Shown in pieces: positions 29,466 to 38,053 of a stretch of DNA of 64,000 bases; the first letter of the stretch is position 1, and each line of letters begins with the position of its first letter. Origin of the DNA: Bacteroidetes bacterium 43-93. Lineage in GTDB: Bacteria > Bacteroidota > Bacteroidia > Chitinophagales > Chitinophagaceae. The translations under genes were made by a program, and so were the position numbers. Below the pieces are notes generated by a model. The model saw nothing but the letters and a program-made list of their open reading frames with translations, was not told where the DNA came from and searched no databases. Location: the NCBI GenBank assembly GCA_001897855.1, contig MKUO01000018.1, forward strand, positions 147,513 to 211,512. The letters are read 5' to 3'.

Positions 29466-31685
29466 CTATCGCTGAATGACAACGCCCACATCCTGCACTA
29501 TACCATCTATACGCGCGCGAAGCGTGTAAACACCACTGCTTAACGCTCCAGACATATTTACATTCGCCCTCAGTATCTTACCGGTTACAGATGCAGTTGA
29601 CCGATATACTATCTGCCCGCCGCTAGTGCTAAGAGACATGGCTACGTCCTGATCGTATTTAGTATTGGCATACACCGTAAAATTACCGTTAGATGGGTTG
29701 GGGTAAACCTGCAGCAGGTAAGGATCGTTATTGCCGCCTATGGTTACCACCAGCGTGTCTGAAGAAGAGCAACCATACTGTGAGGCTGTAACAATATAAG
29801 TTCCCTGGTTCTCACGGGTAATGGCATTGATAGCTGCCGAAGCAGTAGCAGCGGCGAAGCCCGAAGGCCCGGTCCAGGAATAAGACACATCGGTAATGGG
29901 CGATGCAACGGATAAAAGCATAATATCGCCTACCAATAAAGGACCGTTAACGTTTGCTACAGGCTTACCAGGATGGTCATTGACAATTATATCAAGCGTA
30001 TCCTTTACATAGCAGCCATTTAAGCCCGCAGTAAGTATATAACTGCCATTAAGCGCAGGTGTGATATTGTCTCTAAAAGCAATAGCAGATGCTACCGAAT
30101 ACCCATTAGGACCCTGCCATGTATAGCTAAGATTGCCGCCCGATGCATACCCGCGTAATACCATGGTATCACCGCTGCACAAAGGATTGTTTGCTGATGC
30201 AAATACGTCTATGGGCCCTTGCTTCACCGCCACGGCAACACTATCAGATGCCGAGCAGCCATTAAAAGCTACCGTAAGAGTATAATTACCCGATGCGGCA
30301 ATAGCAGGATGCACTATAAAAGTATCAGCTACATGCGCTGTAAAACCACCGGGCCCTGTCCACGAATAAGATTTAGGATTGCCAACTGCGCTGCCCCTAA
30401 GCCTGAGCGTATCATTGGTACATACCGGCGAGCCTGCAGTACTGGCCGCGCTGCCTATTACATGGGCTATATTTACTATAGTGGTATCAGATGCCGCACA
30501 CCCGTAGCGCCAGGCAGTAACAATATAAGGACCGCTATCAGCCGATGTAGCTATGGTGATCACTGCGCTGGCACCTGTGTCTCTGAAACCACGCGGGCCC
30601 TCCCATGTAAAATACACGCCCGGTGTACTGTCTGTGGCATATAGCTCCAGCAGGGCACCGGTACATAATGGCGAATTACTGAATGCTATGGGTGGCGACG
30701 GTAATTTATCACCTATTACCAGCGGAGAGGAAACATCTGAAGTATCTGTGCTATCTGTACCTATGATACGCACCAGGTAATTGCTACCGGGCACTATGCC
30801 CCCCGGTATCGCATATCTGAAGGTATCGCCGGTATTACTGTATATCGTATCTACATTCACAGGATTTTTAAAACTGCCGGTGGAGGATGATAACTGTAAT
30901 ATAAAGGCATTACCCGGCTGAAAGTAATTATTGCCATACACATCAAATGGCACTATAACCGTATCGCCCAGGCAATAAGCACCACCGGCGTCTTGCATGT
31001 TTATATGGCTGACTTTGCGTACCACAACGGAGTCGATAAAATAATAGATCCAGTCCTGGTTGCCGCTATTGACGCCCACAGTATCCAGCATTGCCGAAGG
31101 TATGAAACCACCTATCACCATATGATCATAGGACGAGTCTGCAACTATTACTTTCTTTAATCTTACCCAGCCACTTTTTTGGGTTACAAGGGTATCATAT
31201 ATCAACTGCGGCACCACAGGCAGCCCCGCCATACCGGTGAACAGTGGCACATCTTTATAAAACCATACGCCCAGCCCCTTTGCAGCATACTGAGAAATAT
31301 CTGCCAGAGATACCGACATAGACACTTCATAAGCTCTATTCTCCTGCAAGGGCATCACCTTTGTTGTGATGTATTCTTTATAATCTGTGGCATCCTGCAG
31401 CCTGCCTATGTACAGGCCTGTATAAGCATCGCCACTGGCTGGTTCTCGATATCCCCATGCATTGACGGGTACGCCCACGCTGGAATTAGTACAACGGTTG
31501 AAATAGTCTGACGAGCCTGAATGATAGGCTTGCCAGCCGGTGCATCTATATACCTGGTCTCCATTATTGGGGCATGTATTATAAACCTCAAAGTTGCCAT
31601 TTGCCACCATATTTACCTGGGCCGATACACTCAAAGAGTATATCAGCAAAAAGAGAATATGGAAGATGGTGTACAGTTGCTTCAT
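29466..31685 (-). CDS. T9SS-secreted protein: N-terminal CBM-like domain + 4 Ig/PKD-like repeats + CTD
   Basis: NGNFE..CP..GSSDYFN.C; four NSPLC..W.GP modules; YPNP CTD. Confidence 0.8.
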   Translation of the reverse strand: MKQLYTIFHILFLLIYSLSVSAQVNMVANGNFEVYNTCPNNGDQVYRCTGWQAYHSGSSDYFNRCTNSSVGVPVNAWGYREPASGDAYTGLYIGRLQDATDYKEYITTKVMPLQENRAYEVSMSVSLADISQYAAKGLGVWFYKDVPLFTGMAGLPVVPQLIYDTLVTQKSGWVRLKKVIVADSSYDHMVIGGFIPSAMLDTVGVNSGNQDWIYYFIDSVVVRKVSHINMQDAGGAYCLGDTVIVPFDVYGNNYFQPGNAFILQLSSSTGSFKNPVNVDTIYSNTGDTFRYAIPGGIVPGSNYLVRIIGTDSTDTSDVSSPLVIGDKLPSPPIAFSNSPLCTGALLELYATDSTPGVYFTWEGPRGFRDTGASAVITIATSADSGPYIVTAWRYGCAASDTTIVNIAHVIGSAASTAGSPVCTNDTLRLRGSAVGNPKSYSWTGPGGFTAHVADTFIVHPAIAASGNYTLTVAFNGCSASDSVAVAVKQGPIDVFASANNPLCSGDTMVLRGYASGGNLSYTWQGPNGYSVASAIAFRDNITPALNGSYILTAGLNGCYVKDTLDIIVNDHPGKPVANVNGPLLVGDIMLLSVASPITDVSYSWTGPSGFAAATASAAINAITRENQGTYIVTASQYGCSSSDTLVVTIGGNNDPYLLQVYPNPSNGNFTVYANTKYDQDVAMSLSTSGGQIVYRSTASVTGKILRANVNMSGALSSGVYTLRARIDGIVQDVGVVIQR

Positions 31686-31827
31686 TCAAGGCTAATGATC
31701 TATGTATGAATCTAAATAATTATCTGTACGCAGCCTATTTTAAAGCATTAAAAAGCACTTAAATGCACCGGGGTATGGCAGTATTCAGGACGAAGCGGAC
31801 TTTTCTATGGATGAAGATGATGTAACC

Positions 31828-32061
31828 TTATTGTTTTACAATGGTAGCAGTCATCCTCTTACCGTCTTTGCCGTTTAATTGCAGTAAATAAGTTCCGTTC
31901 GCCCATGTAGTGGTAGCGATTGTTTCTGTTTTTGTGCCGGCTACCATGTGGCCCGTTTCCCGACCTAAGATATCAACAATGCGAATCTCGGTACCTGCTG
32001 AGATGCCTTCAATCCTCAATTCGTCCGTTACAGGATTCGGATAGATCTTTACTCCCTGCAT
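31828..32061 (-). pseudogene. orphan T9SS type A CTD (probable gene remnant)
   Basis: MQGVKIYPNPVTDELRIEG...GTYLLQL; no signal peptide or cargo; similar to the CTDs at 38054 and 40879. Confidence 0.65.
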
Positions 32062-32154
32062 CCATTCTGTGTTAGTGGGGATTACTATATAAGATTTTAT
32101 ATAACAATCCCCTACTATAACAGATTCTCTGATAGGGCCTACACTACTACGGGT

Positions 32155-34914
32155 TTAATGTTTTACGCTGATCTTTACGCCACTACCGCTACCACCTGTT
32201 TTGCTGAGGCGATATTTGAAAGAGAGCATAAAGTATCTGCCTATGATGTTAGAGCGGGTTTCGCTGAGGTAGCTAAACTGGCTTTGCCTTTGCAGGCCTG
32301 TATTACGATTCAGCAGGTCGAAACCTTCGAGTGTAATGGTGCCGCGATTGGCTTTAAGGAAATAATAGGATGCTTCTGCCTTCAGCAATGGTATCACTAC
32401 GGCATCTTTAAAGCTTTGCGCATTGTACTGTGTGACATCGGCGCTGGCATAAAAATACCAATGTGTGCCGGGGCGATAGCTGAGCTCTGCAGATGCTGTA
32501 GTGCTGTAGAATACATTGTTCATGTTCTTGTCTATAGAGTAGCGGGCATCGGTAAGGTCTATATTACCACCAACAGTTACATCCCATTTTTCTTTCTTCC
32601 GGTTGCTAAAGGATAGTTCCAGTTTATGGTTGAAGCTGTTGAGTATATTATCTACATTATTCACGCTGCTGATGCCTTTATTATATCCTTCTGCAAAGCT
32701 AGTGGTCATAGTAACACCCAACTTGCGTATGGGGCGCGAGTATTCTACCCTGCCGTTCAGGTTATAGTCATAGTCCACATTCTTAGGTGTTACAAACTGC
32801 GTAAGATCGGGGTTTACAACACGTGCCCATGTGATCTTGTCGTGCGTGTAGCGGCCATTGATATTGGCAAAGAGGGATGAGAATGTAAACTGATCGAACC
32901 ATATCCAGTTAGCGCCAACATTATGTACGTACTCCGGCCGCAGGTTGTTATTACCGGCGTACACCTGCAGTGGATTGCTGTAGTTGGTAACAGGCAGCAT
33001 CTGTATGGCATCGGGGGTGTTTACATTGCTGTTATAATAAAAGCCAATTCGTTTACCGGTTGAATATTCGTTTTGCCAGTTGAGCGATGGCAATATGTAT
33101 ACAAATTGCCTGCTGCCTGTATCGCGGCCGTTATAGGTACTACCCAGCATACCTGCTTCTGCCTTTACACCTATGCTGAACTGAATTTTTTGAGAGCTCC
33201 TTTTCAACTCAAGGCCGGGATCCACGGCGGTATATTGCCTGCTAAAATCGGGGCTTAAAGAATCTACCAGTTTATCACCAAGATTGGTAATGCGTTGCTC
33301 TCTTTTAAAATGCTGTGCATTGCTGAGTGCACTTACGGATGGCTGCAGAAAATAGCCTTTACCCAGCGCGGTAAGTACTGAAACGGTACCACCGTATTGC
33401 AATTCGGTACGGGTATCGTTTTGCGATTGCATATCTGCTACCATACTATTTACCGGTACCAAGCGTGTAAGGTTATTCCAGTCGCTGTTGCTCAGTTGCT
33501 GCTCGTAGCTGGCATTTACCGAAGCGCGATATACCTGCTTCCTGCTTTTACTATTGCGCAGAAAAGAAAGATTAGCATTGGATGAAAGTGTATTCCCTTT
33601 ATCGTAAATACGGCTATCAAGGCTATTAAGCAGCATATCTTTTACCAGAGATGTAGTGTATTGTGCCGTATGGGCGCGTGCATTGTTGAGCGACGCCCCG
33701 GCATTAGCTGTAAACTGGCTTACAGAATCATTATCGTAGCGCGCATTGATATTTACCCTGTGTGCATAGTTGTCTGTAAACTCGTTCTTATTGCTATTAC
33801 GGGTAAAGGTTTCTGTGTTGGTAAAGTTCTGCGTATAGCTTTGCTGATCGAGGTTTTTTTCTGACCCATTGGCAAGATAGCTAAGATTGATGCGATGGTT
33901 TTTCTTAGGCTCATAGGTATAGTTAAGTCCGCCTGCACCGGAAGTGATCTTACCATATATAGGTTGTCCAAAATCTATAGGTGGTGCGTTTTTATCAGAC
34001 AGGTTCATGTTCATGAAACCGCCACCGTTAAACAAGCTTTGTATGCCACCGTTGAAGTTCATATAATCTTCGAAGCTGAAGCCAAACTGGTTGATGTTGT
34101 TGAGCATGCCCAACGCGGCAACCTGCGATGTAGGTTTAAACTTATATACATGCGCGCTGAGCTTATAGCGATCGTCTGTACCGTAACCTGCCTGTACATC
34201 CCCAAAATAGCCATTCTTCTTGCTATCCTTCAGTTGCAGGTTGATGGTCTTTTCGCGGCTGCCGTCGTCAATACCGGTAAACTCTGATGCATCCGAATGT
34301 TTATTGAACACCTGCACTTTATTGATAGCATCAGCGGGGAGGTTCTTTGTTGCCACCTTGGGATCGTTGCTAAAGAATTCCTTGCCATCTACCAACACTT
34401 TGCGCACATCTTCTCCCTGCGCTTTGATGTTGCCCGACTTATCTACCTGCACACCCGGCAGCTTCTTCAGCAAGTCTTCTACATTGGCATCGGGCTTGGT
34501 TTTAAAAGAGCCTGCATTATACTCTACAGTATCGCGCTTCAGCGTAATGGGTACTTTCTCGCCCCTTACCTGCAGTTCTTCCAGTTCGTTGGCAAAGCGC
34601 TTCATGATGATCCTGCCGAGGTAGTTGTTGCTGGCATTAGGTACCTCAATGGTACGATACCATGTTTTAAACCCAAGAAAGGCCGCCTGCATCAGGTATT
34701 TACCCTTAGGTACATCCTTTATTTCGAAGCTGCCCTGGTTGTTGCATACACCGAAGTATTGCAAGGTAGAGTCTGCAGGTTGCAACAGGGATATGGTGGT
34801 AAAGGGTATGGGGCTGTGCACTGTGTCTTCCACATCGCCGTGCAGGGTATAGGTTTGTGCCGATACAGATGCGCCAAGCGATAACAGGATGAATAGTATA
34901 AAAATCTGTTTCAT
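32155..34914 (-). CDS. TonB-dependent-like outer-membrane beta-barrel with N-terminal carboxypeptidase-regulatory-like domain
   Basis: DTVEYNAGSF, EDLLKKLPGVQV, VDGKEFF, terminal RYFMLSFKYRL. Confidence 0.85.
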   Translation of the reverse strand: MKQIFILFILLSLGASVSAQTYTLHGDVEDTVHSPIPFTTISLLQPADSTLQYFGVCNNQGSFEIKDVPKGKYLMQAAFLGFKTWYRTIEVPNASNNYLGRIIMKRFANELEELQVRGEKVPITLKRDTVEYNAGSFKTKPDANVEDLLKKLPGVQVDKSGNIKAQGEDVRKVLVDGKEFFSNDPKVATKNLPADAINKVQVFNKHSDASEFTGIDDGSREKTINLQLKDSKKNGYFGDVQAGYGTDDRYKLSAHVYKFKPTSQVAALGMLNNINQFGFSFEDYMNFNGGIQSLFNGGGFMNMNLSDKNAPPIDFGQPIYGKITSGAGGLNYTYEPKKNHRINLSYLANGSEKNLDQQSYTQNFTNTETFTRNSNKNEFTDNYAHRVNINARYDNDSVSQFTANAGASLNNARAHTAQYTTSLVKDMLLNSLDSRIYDKGNTLSSNANLSFLRNSKSRKQVYRASVNASYEQQLSNSDWNNLTRLVPVNSMVADMQSQNDTRTELQYGGTVSVLTALGKGYFLQPSVSALSNAQHFKREQRITNLGDKLVDSLSPDFSRQYTAVDPGLELKRSSQKIQFSIGVKAEAGMLGSTYNGRDTGSRQFVYILPSLNWQNEYSTGKRIGFYYNSNVNTPDAIQMLPVTNYSNPLQVYAGNNNLRPEYVHNVGANWIWFDQFTFSSLFANINGRYTHDKITWARVVNPDLTQFVTPKNVDYDYNLNGRVEYSRPIRKLGVTMTTSFAEGYNKGISSVNNVDNILNSFNHKLELSFSNRKKEKWDVTVGGNIDLTDARYSIDKNMNNVFYSTTASAELSYRPGTHWYFYASADVTQYNAQSFKDAVVIPLLKAEASYYFLKANRGTITLEGFDLLNRNTGLQRQSQFSYLSETRSNIIGRYFMLSFKYRLSKTGGSGSGVKISVKH

Positions 34915-34916
34915 GA

Positions 34917-35684
34917 TTAATTGCCTATTTGTGTCTTGATAGTAATATGAGGGGCGCCACCTTCTTCCACACCCATCTCTTTCATCTTATCGGTCATTAT
35001 CTTTTTAAACTCAGCTTCTGTCACCTTCTTGCCATCTTTGGGCTTTGCCAGCAGTTTCGCATCAATATCCCCGGCCTCTATTTTGGTAGCAACTATTTCG
35101 TAATGGTCGCCATCGCCCAGGGATAGGATCATACCCGGCAATCCTCCATAACCCATCGGGCCGGCAGATACAGGTATAGCGGGAGTAAACCATGCTGTGA
35201 TCGTTGTACTATCCTGCTGCATGGTAGCCTGCTGGCAGGGATACCCTAATATTTCCTTTTGCTTGCCGGTAAGTTTCCAGGCTTCTTTCTTTACATCATT
35301 GGTGATCAAAAATTTCCGCGACATAAAGTTTTGTTCAGTTATGGTCTTGCCGGCTTTCAGGTCCTGGTACACACGGGTATCGTTACCGTCCATCTTCATC
35401 ATTATATGCATACCATTGCTTTCCTTTGTAGCATCGGTATTTTCTGCTTTCTTATCATTATCATATAACGCGGCGCCATCGTTGTAATACAGTATCTTGT
35501 TCGATACATTTTCTTTGGGTATCAGCGCTGCGAGCTGGTCTGCAGATATACCCTGCACTTCAGCACCTTTCAGGTCAATTTTAAACTGGATGGTTTCTTT
35601 GTAGGAGATCTTACCGCTGGTAGATTGCGCATGCGATTGCATTGCGGCCATAGCGCATACACAAGTAATGATTAGCTTTTTCAT
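34917..35684 (-). CDS. GLPGLI family protein
   Basis: ILGYPCQQA, AWFTPAIP..GPMGYGGLPGMIL. Confidence 0.9.
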   Translation of the reverse strand: MKKLIITCVCAMAAMQSHAQSTSGKISYKETIQFKIDLKGAEVQGISADQLAALIPKENVSNKILYYNDGAALYDNDKKAENTDATKESNGMHIMMKMDGNDTRVYQDLKAGKTITEQNFMSRKFLITNDVKKEAWKLTGKQKEILGYPCQQATMQQDSTTITAWFTPAIPVSAGPMGYGGLPGMILSLGDGDHYEIVATKIEAGDIDAKLLAKPKDGKKVTEAEFKKIMTDKMKEMGVEEGGAPHITIKTQIGN

Positions 35685-35750
35685 GAGGTCTGTTATTTTA
35701 CTGCAAAGCTATCCTGCGCAGATGCGGATGGTGGTTAACGTACGGACAAT

Positions 35751-35770
35751 TAAGGTTAATTAAGGTTAAC
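35751..35770. promoter_or_regulatory. tandem 10-bp direct repeat TAAGGTTAA(T/C), candidate OmpR-type regulator site
   Basis: two perfect copies plus GGTTAAC at 35733, upstream of TAGCTTTG (35704-35711, minus strand). Confidence 0.55.
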
Positions 35771-35812
35771 GATTATACAAATCCGCTCTCGGATGTATTA
35801 TTTTGCAGCCAG

Positions 35813-37354
35813 ATGAAGAAGGGAAACAACATACGCTGGGTAGGGGCTATGATGATAGCCAGCGAGCTGCTGCTGATAGGTTTTACCTGCAACTGGATCT
35901 ATAGCCAGTATAACAAGGGTAAAGAGCAGCTTACCAAAGATGTGCGCAGCATGCTGGTGCAAATCACTACCAAAGCTTCTGACTCTACCATGTTTCAGAA
36001 CATAGTGATACCGATGATGCAGCCCGGAGCGGATACGGAGATACACCTTCCACCGCCGCCAACTATAAATGGTGCTACCGGTGCGCAGAAATATAAGATC
36101 GTTATTGAGAATAATTATGGCCCGTTGGATACAGCGAAGATGAATGAACGGATGGCTGTCATAAAAAAGGAAATAAAAAATGCCGAAATCAAAGGCATGA
36201 TTGCTAATATGAATGCGATGCCCGGTAACAGCATGAGTTATCACGTATCATCTAACGATACCGGTAGTGACAGCCTGATCAAAGCTTTCATCCCTACATT
36301 ACTCAGGCAAATCATCGTACAACTGGGTGATAGTGTATTGCTGGACTCCCTGCTATCAGGAGCCAACCAGACTGTAAAAGACGAGTTTGATAAAAAGGCA
36401 AAAAAGAATAACTGGCATTTCAAGACTGTATGGCTTAACACAGGCATCAAAACGTATTCAGGCAAGAACCTGACATTGCACAGAACCATATCCAAAGATA
36501 TAGACACCCCTAAAGGATTGCGTATAGATAACCTGGTACTACAAGATTATAAGGGCGATATCGTTCGCAGTATTAGCCCACAGATCGGGTTTGCCGCTAT
36601 CCTATTGTTGCTTACCGGCGCGTCTTTTGCATTTGCCTACAGGAGCCTGCGTAAGCAAATGCAGCTGAATACTATGAAGAACGATTTCATCAGCAATATG
36701 TCGCACGAGCTGAAGACGCCTATATCTACCGTAAAAGTGGCATTAGAAGCATTAGATAGCTTTAACGTAATAGACAACCCGGAAACTACGCGTGAATACA
36801 TTAAGATGGCGGGTCTGGAAATGAACCGGCTGGATATGCTGGTAAACAAAACACTCAACACCACCATGATGGAGCAAGGGCGGATTACCATACAAAAAGA
36901 ACCGGTAGATCTGCAGCAACTGATACAGGACACATTGAATGTAATGGCGCTGCGCCTGCAACAAAACGATGCGAAGGTACAAGTAACCTACAACGGCACC
37001 GGCTTTGTAGCAGCTGCAGACAAGATGCACCTGCAGGGTGTACTCATCAATATCATTGACAACTCGCTGAAGTATGCCGATAAGCAACCTGATATTCGCA
37101 TCATCTGCACGGCAACAACACAAAATATTTCTATTGCTATAGCAGATAACGGGCCGGGCATCGATCCAGCATACATCAAGCGTGTATTTGAGAAATTCGT
37201 TCGTGTACCAAAAGGCGATACTCATAATGTGAAGGGCTATGGGCTGGGGCTAAGCTATGCCAGGCAGGTGGTGGAGCAACATGGCGGCACCATACAAGTG
37301 CATAACGTAGCAGAAGGCGGATGCGTATTCACCATTAACATACCTAAACTGTAA
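35813..37354 (+). CDS. sensor histidine kinase
   Basis: two TMs, SHELKTP H-box, DNSLKY, DNGPG, GYGLGL. Confidence 0.95.
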   Translation: MKKGNNIRWVGAMMIASELLLIGFTCNWIYSQYNKGKEQLTKDVRSMLVQITTKASDSTMFQNIVIPMMQPGADTEIHLPPPPTINGATGAQKYKIVIENNYGPLDTAKMNERMAVIKKEIKNAEIKGMIANMNAMPGNSMSYHVSSNDTGSDSLIKAFIPTLLRQIIVQLGDSVLLDSLLSGANQTVKDEFDKKAKKNNWHFKTVWLNTGIKTYSGKNLTLHRTISKDIDTPKGLRIDNLVLQDYKGDIVRSISPQIGFAAILLLLTGASFAFAYRSLRKQMQLNTMKNDFISNMSHELKTPISTVKVALEALDSFNVIDNPETTREYIKMAGLEMNRLDMLVNKTLNTTMMEQGRITIQKEPVDLQQLIQDTLNVMALRLQQNDAKVQVTYNGTGFVAAADKMHLQGVLINIIDNSLKYADKQPDIRIICTATTQNISIAIADNGPGIDPAYIKRVFEKFVRVPKGDTHNVKGYGLGLSYARQVVEQHGGTIQVHNVAEGGCVFTINIPKL

Positions 37355-38052
37355 TGATGAGCAAAAAGATACTGTATATAGAAGATGAGCCCTTCCTGGC
37401 TAAGATAGTGAAGGAAACACTGGAACTAAAAGAATACCGGGTATTACACCAGACTGACGGATCAGGCATAACAGACACAGTCAACAGCTTTGAACCTGAT
37501 ATATGCATACTGGACGTAATGCTACCTAATATTGACGGCTATACGCTGGGCAGCAAGATAAGGAGTGTATACCCGCGACTGCCTATCATCTTCCTTACAG
37601 CCAAAACACAAACAGAAGATGTAGTGAAAGGATTTTCCTCAGGCGGCACCGATTATCTGAAGAAACCATTCAGCATGGAAGAATTGATAGTGCGTATAGA
37701 GAACCAACTAAAACTATACGGTGCGCCTGAAGCAGCCACCCTCCCTGCAGGTGATAAAATTGCATTAGGCAATATCACCTTCTACCCAAATAAGTTTGAA
37801 CTTGTAACACCTGTCGCCAACATTAAATTGTCCAATAGGGAATCTCAGATATTGGGTATACTATGCAGCAACGCCAACCAGGTGGTAGACAGGCGTAAGC
37901 TGCTGCAACTGGTATGGGGTGATGATTCTTTTTTCAACTCCCGTAACCTGGATGTATATATCCGCAAACTCCGCGATCACTTATCGGCAGAACCGCGCAT
38001 TGAGATCATTACCCTAAAAGGAACAGGGTATCATTTTTCGGTGCCGGTGTAA
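37354..38052 (+). CDS. OmpR-family response regulator
   Basis: EDE, LDVMLP, FLTAK, KKPFS, wHTH LDVYIRKLR..LKGTGY. Confidence 0.95.
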   Translation: MMSKKILYIEDEPFLAKIVKETLELKEYRVLHQTDGSGITDTVNSFEPDICILDVMLPNIDGYTLGSKIRSVYPRLPIIFLTAKTQTEDVVKGFSSGGTDYLKKPFSMEELIVRIENQLKLYGAPEAATLPAGDKIALGNITFYPNKFELVTPVANIKLSNRESQILGILCSNANQVVDRRKLLQLVWGDDSFFNSRNLDVYIRKLRDHLSAEPRIEIITLKGTGYHFSVPV

Positions 38053-38053
38053 C

